This document shows positions 60,147 to 64,000 of a DNA stretch of 64,000 bases, piece after piece (positions within the stretch are counted from its first letter, which is position 1; each line of letters begins with the position of its first letter). The notes under the pieces were generated by a model. It worked only from the letters and a program-made list of their open reading frames with translations. It ran no database searches and was not told where the DNA came from. Source of the DNA: Takakia lepidozioides (Eukaryota > Plantae > Bryophyta); NCBI GenBank assembly GCA_030704615.1, contig CM060734.1:20708001-20772000 (forward strand), written 5' to 3'. The translations under genes and the position numbers were made by a program.

Positions 60147-62795
60147 TGTCAAGTTATTTTATCACTAGTGTGAAGTTAGCTAGGAAATAGCTAGCTTTTA
60201 TATATTGACATTTGGGATTGACCCAAGTGTCAATCCAGGGGCCAATACATATTTGGGCACCTGGCGTTGTTATCTTCACGGCAGATCGCGGTGGGCTCAT
60301 CTTTCTCGAGTTGAGCCTCATCGCGTCTAGCTATGGCGCCGTAGTGTGGATTCCCCATGGCGTGGGGTGCACTTGGCTCGACTTAATATATGAGTGATGT
60401 TTTCATGTGCAAGTATGTGAGTTTGAGAGAGTTTGTGTGCTTGTATCATTCCTTTCCTTATCACTCGAGAAAGATCAGCTTGAGTCTGTGAGTGCCAGGT
60501 TCGAGTTGTTTTGTAGCACTTGTATTTTCATGAGAAGCAGTTCAGCCTAGAGTGCAGGGATCCATGCATGAGCCTATCCAAAGTGGATAGAGCGCAAAGG
60601 CGAACATGTTGTAGGTTTGCAATGGATAGAGAGGTGGGTAGCCTATGTTGAAGAGCGGCGTTGCATAGCTCAACGCTATGGCAACCAAGTTTGGGCTTCT
60701 AGTGTGAAGCGGATGAGATGCTGGCCACGAGTGGGTGAACATGCTAGCTTCCTATGTGCAGCTCACATTTCTGCAGCTCCTTAACTCGGCCTGCAGCTGA
60801 AGAAGACGACCACCATGGAGATGATATGATCAGCTCCAGATATTTCTACCCGAAACTAGTTGGTGCGGGTAGATGAGAAGCAGCTCAATGGTGGAGCTGC
60901 AAGGGGATGTATCGCAGCCCGTTGGGAGCTTCAGCTCCAAGCTCATGAAGAGGTATGAGTGAAGAGAGGGGGCTGGTCTCTCTTGTGTGCAAATCAGTGC
61001 ACTTGTGAAGCATGTGCTGAGTTGGAGTTTCAATCTGAAACTCAGCAGTGTAAGGGCTGGAAGGGCAGCAGTAGGGCGTCCTAGAGCCAGGGAATGTGTA
61101 GTAGAACTGCAGGTACACCAAGGTTGTAAAGGTGTGTATTTTCAGATTTGTTTTTGTAAGCTTCATAGAGAAAATGGAGCTTGTTGGGCAGCATATGGCT
61201 TGCTTGTTGAGTTGGGGGCACTTCTAGTAGGCCGTGAGAGCTCAGGAGTGCAGGGCGACAGGAGTGATGGCTCCGCAGAAGCCATAGCTCGTCGGCAGCA
61301 AGTGCTGGAGCAAACCCCAGCTCGGGGAGAGCTCGGGAACACGTGGGAACGCCGGGAATGCATGGGAACTCATTGGGAGTTCTAGGGCACGCATGGAACA
61401 GTGGCCGCGATGGGCCGTGGGGGCAGTATCACAAGATACCACAAGCCCAGGCCGTGACTGTTGACCGTGACTGTTGACCGTGACCGTTGACCGTGACCGT
61501 TGGAAGCCATGGTGCGGACACAACGGGTTGGCACGGTGACCAGATCGTGGGGATGGTGGGCCGTGAAGGCTCGTGGGAGTGGTACCACGGGGTATCACGG
61601 GGCAGCCCGTGGCCAACAAGCGCCCAGGGCGGGCCGTGAGGAGTCGTGGTTGTTGGAGCCACGGAAGGCCGCGAACAGGTAGAGTGGAAATATATATAAT
61701 ATATATATATTTTCATTTGTTTCGTGGGACCTTGATGGGGAGGCTGGGCTTTGTAGAACAACGGTTTTTAGCTAGTTGATCTGGCAGAAAAGTCGGAATT
61801 GCCTCTCTGTTGCGTTTTAACAAAGGGGATTACTTCCCTGCAGGTGCAGGTGCAGCAGGCTATGTTAGGGACCTAGTATTCCAAACCATAAGCCGCATCA
61901 GGTTCTCTACCCGGATACCTTGTGGAGAGGGGGTTAGAGACAGGTTCATGACCGGTTGAGTGTCAGTTTGTCAACACGGAGGTGCCACTAGTTGCTGGGG
62001 AAAGTGCCGGTACGAGCACTAGCGATATTAGCGGGTATACGAGACAAGGTGTGCGGTTTAGGCCACCTTCACCTCCTGCGTCTTCTACGGAAGGTTCTGA
62101 TTTGGATTGTGAATCAGGAGGACTCACACCGGCGGTGCAAGTTGTTTTCTTGCCATTGTTGTGGGACACAATGGAGGAGATGTATGGAGCCACCAAGGGG
62201 CCACGTAGGTACTCTGGGGCGATGGGCACCATTGAGTTGGATGATTTTATCCAAGAGTTTGATAGTTGGTATAACTTGCAGCAAATGCGCAATCCACAAC
62301 TATTACGCCTTTTATGGCATGGAAAGGGCTGTTTCAGCACCTTGAGGGGCCGCCCATAGATGATTACCATGAGTTTAGGCGGGTGTTGAGATCGAGGAGT
62401 GGAGGATGTACTAGTCACCGGACTATGTCTCCATCACTAGAGGCACTAGAGGCACAAGGGCAACAGCCACACCGGCAGCTGCATCAGCAGCAGCAGCTAC
62501 AACAGCAGCTTCCACGAGCAGTAGTGGGACTAGTGGTACAGCAACTACGACGTCCACCCAAGCTACTGCTGCACCAGCACCAGTGGCGGTGCCTGCCTTC
62601 AACCCTGTTGTGGAGTTCTTCGAAGAGTTGAGAAGGAACTACCAAGGGATGAGGACAGAGAAGTTGAGGAGCTTGCAAGAGTTCCAGAGGAAGCCTACTG
62701 AGAGTTTGAGGGAGACTTTCACTCACATGAGGCACTTGATTAATGTAACCCAAGGGGTTACGGAGGCTCAGGCAGTCCAGTTCTGGTACAGGATA
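60147..62795 (+). mobile_element. 5' part of another element C family member (terminal A-type repeat, leader, gag), interrupted by an LTR insertion
   Basis: Starts TGTCAAGTTA like element C. Shares TTATCTTCACG, CTCGAGTTGAGCC, GGCTCGACTT and TTATCACTCGAGA in the same order. gag LLWDTMEEMYGATKGPRRYSG...TEKLRSLQEF is closely similar to 30164-31168. Confidence 0.85.
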
Positions 62796-64000
62796 TGTCG
62801 CGGCCCTTTGCCTTGAGGGCAGGGGGTCGGGACGCAGAGGGGCTGCCCCTGTGGTGGGGGCAGTGGCAGCAATAGGTACGGGGGGCTGAAGCACCCTTGA
62901 GTGCCCAAGGCACTCAAGGAGGCGGAGGCGCTCACTAGGTGGAGCCCCGCACACCGGGTTGCGGTGGGGGTGGCTCCACAAGGGGTGGTGGTAGCTTAGT
63001 GGGACTTAGTGGGGGATGGCATAGGACTCACCATGGGGCGGAGACCTGGTGGTGGGAGTCGTGGGGAGTCTTGGGACTCACCACGGTCCAATGGGGCTGT
63101 GGTGGGTGGGCCAAGACTCACCGCGACTCATCACCGGGAATCGAGGGTCTTCGTGGTGGTTCGCCATAAAATGGCATGGTTGTTTGTGAAACCCCCGCGG
63201 ACAGTCACATAAGTATATATAGGGAGTAGTAACCCCGAGAATGGTGCAAGCCCGTTGGTGACCAAAAACTAGTGAGTAAGCAAGCGAGCCGGAAAGCGAC
63301 CAAAGAGTGGGGAGCTATTCTGGACTGCCATCTACCAAAGGGAATTTCCACTAGGCCCAAATTGGTGGAGGGTCTGTTGGGGGAAGAAAGGGGGACCGTT
63401 ATGTCCTGGTGAGCAGCCGAAGCTCCGAGTTGGCCCGGCGGCCAGGTTGGGAGTTAGGCGCACGCATCAAAGCGAGTAACTATGACTTGAAGGGGAGCTT
63501 ACCGAAGTGAGGTGCGCGACACTTGGTATCAGAGCTTAGAGTTCAGTACGCGATCGTCATTGGGATCGGCCTCATCATGGGGTCGGGCAAGCCAAAGTGA
63601 AAGCGGAACGACCCGAAAGATGATGATCCTGGTGAGCCCGATGGGGATGACGTGTCACCGAAGCGGCCATTTGAGAAAGCGATGTATGCTTTTGAAAATG
63701 AGGCCACTCAAGAACGGGAGGAATCTGAGGAGTCGGAGCCCGAGGAATCTCTGAGAGCTCCGACAGACCAACAGATGCCTCCCATGCCAAAAGCCTTTTG
63801 GGAAAGGTTGTTGGCGCAGTTTGGTGGGACGTTGAAAGACGTGTTGAAGGCGGCTAATGTCACTTCCACTAAGGCAAAATTTAAGGTGAAGCCTAAGGAA
63901 CCCGGCACCTTCGAGGGCATCCAAAATCGGAAGGCACTCAACACATGGCTCTTGGAGCTAGAGCAGTACTTCCGGGCGGCCAAGTTGAGTGATGAGGAAT
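62796..64000 (+). mobile_element. Chromovirus-type Ty3/Gypsy element: 5' LTR (62796-63521), iMet PBS and start of gag, running off the window
   Basis: LTR TGTCGCG...CGCGACA; PBS TGGTATCAGAGC at 63524-63535; gag KVKPKEPGTFEG...LNTWLLELEQYF; inserted into the neighbouring gag after QFWYRI. Confidence 0.85.

Overview
Plant nuclear DNA, probably from a non-seed land plant such as a fern or lycophyte (inference from the TE types, a PLS-class PPR fragment and an RPL21 copy). The window is almost entirely nested transposons, with no intact host gene. Three elements are nested, each with a visible target-site duplication (TSD). Element A is an Athila-like Ty3/Gypsy (18026-55283, minus strand, TSD CCATG). 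It contains Ty3/Gypsy element B (20755-45653, minus, TSD GTCTT), which contains element C (23138-34957, minus, TSD TCTA). Element C is the standout. Its pol reads protease - DNMT3-like cytosine methyltransferase - RT - RNase H - DDE integrase - PHD finger. It has no tRNA primer-binding site and no pair of normal LTRs. Instead it has split direct repeats (A1...B1-A2-B2), with its two ends abutted internally as a CA-GC-TG junction. That layout is otherwise typical of tyrosine-recombinase retroelements. Its 5' leader carries captured host fragments, including a processed RPL21. Two more pieces of the same family lie at about 13.2-14.8 kb and 60.1-62.8 kb. Also present: two paralogous F-box-like mini-ORFs inside the LTRs of element A, a ParB/Srx-like (DGNHR) ORF, a LINE with a 2A-like motif, a degraded Gypsy (1.8-8.5 kb), a hAT-like MITE, a ~1-kb tandem repeat, and the start of a chromovirus-type element.
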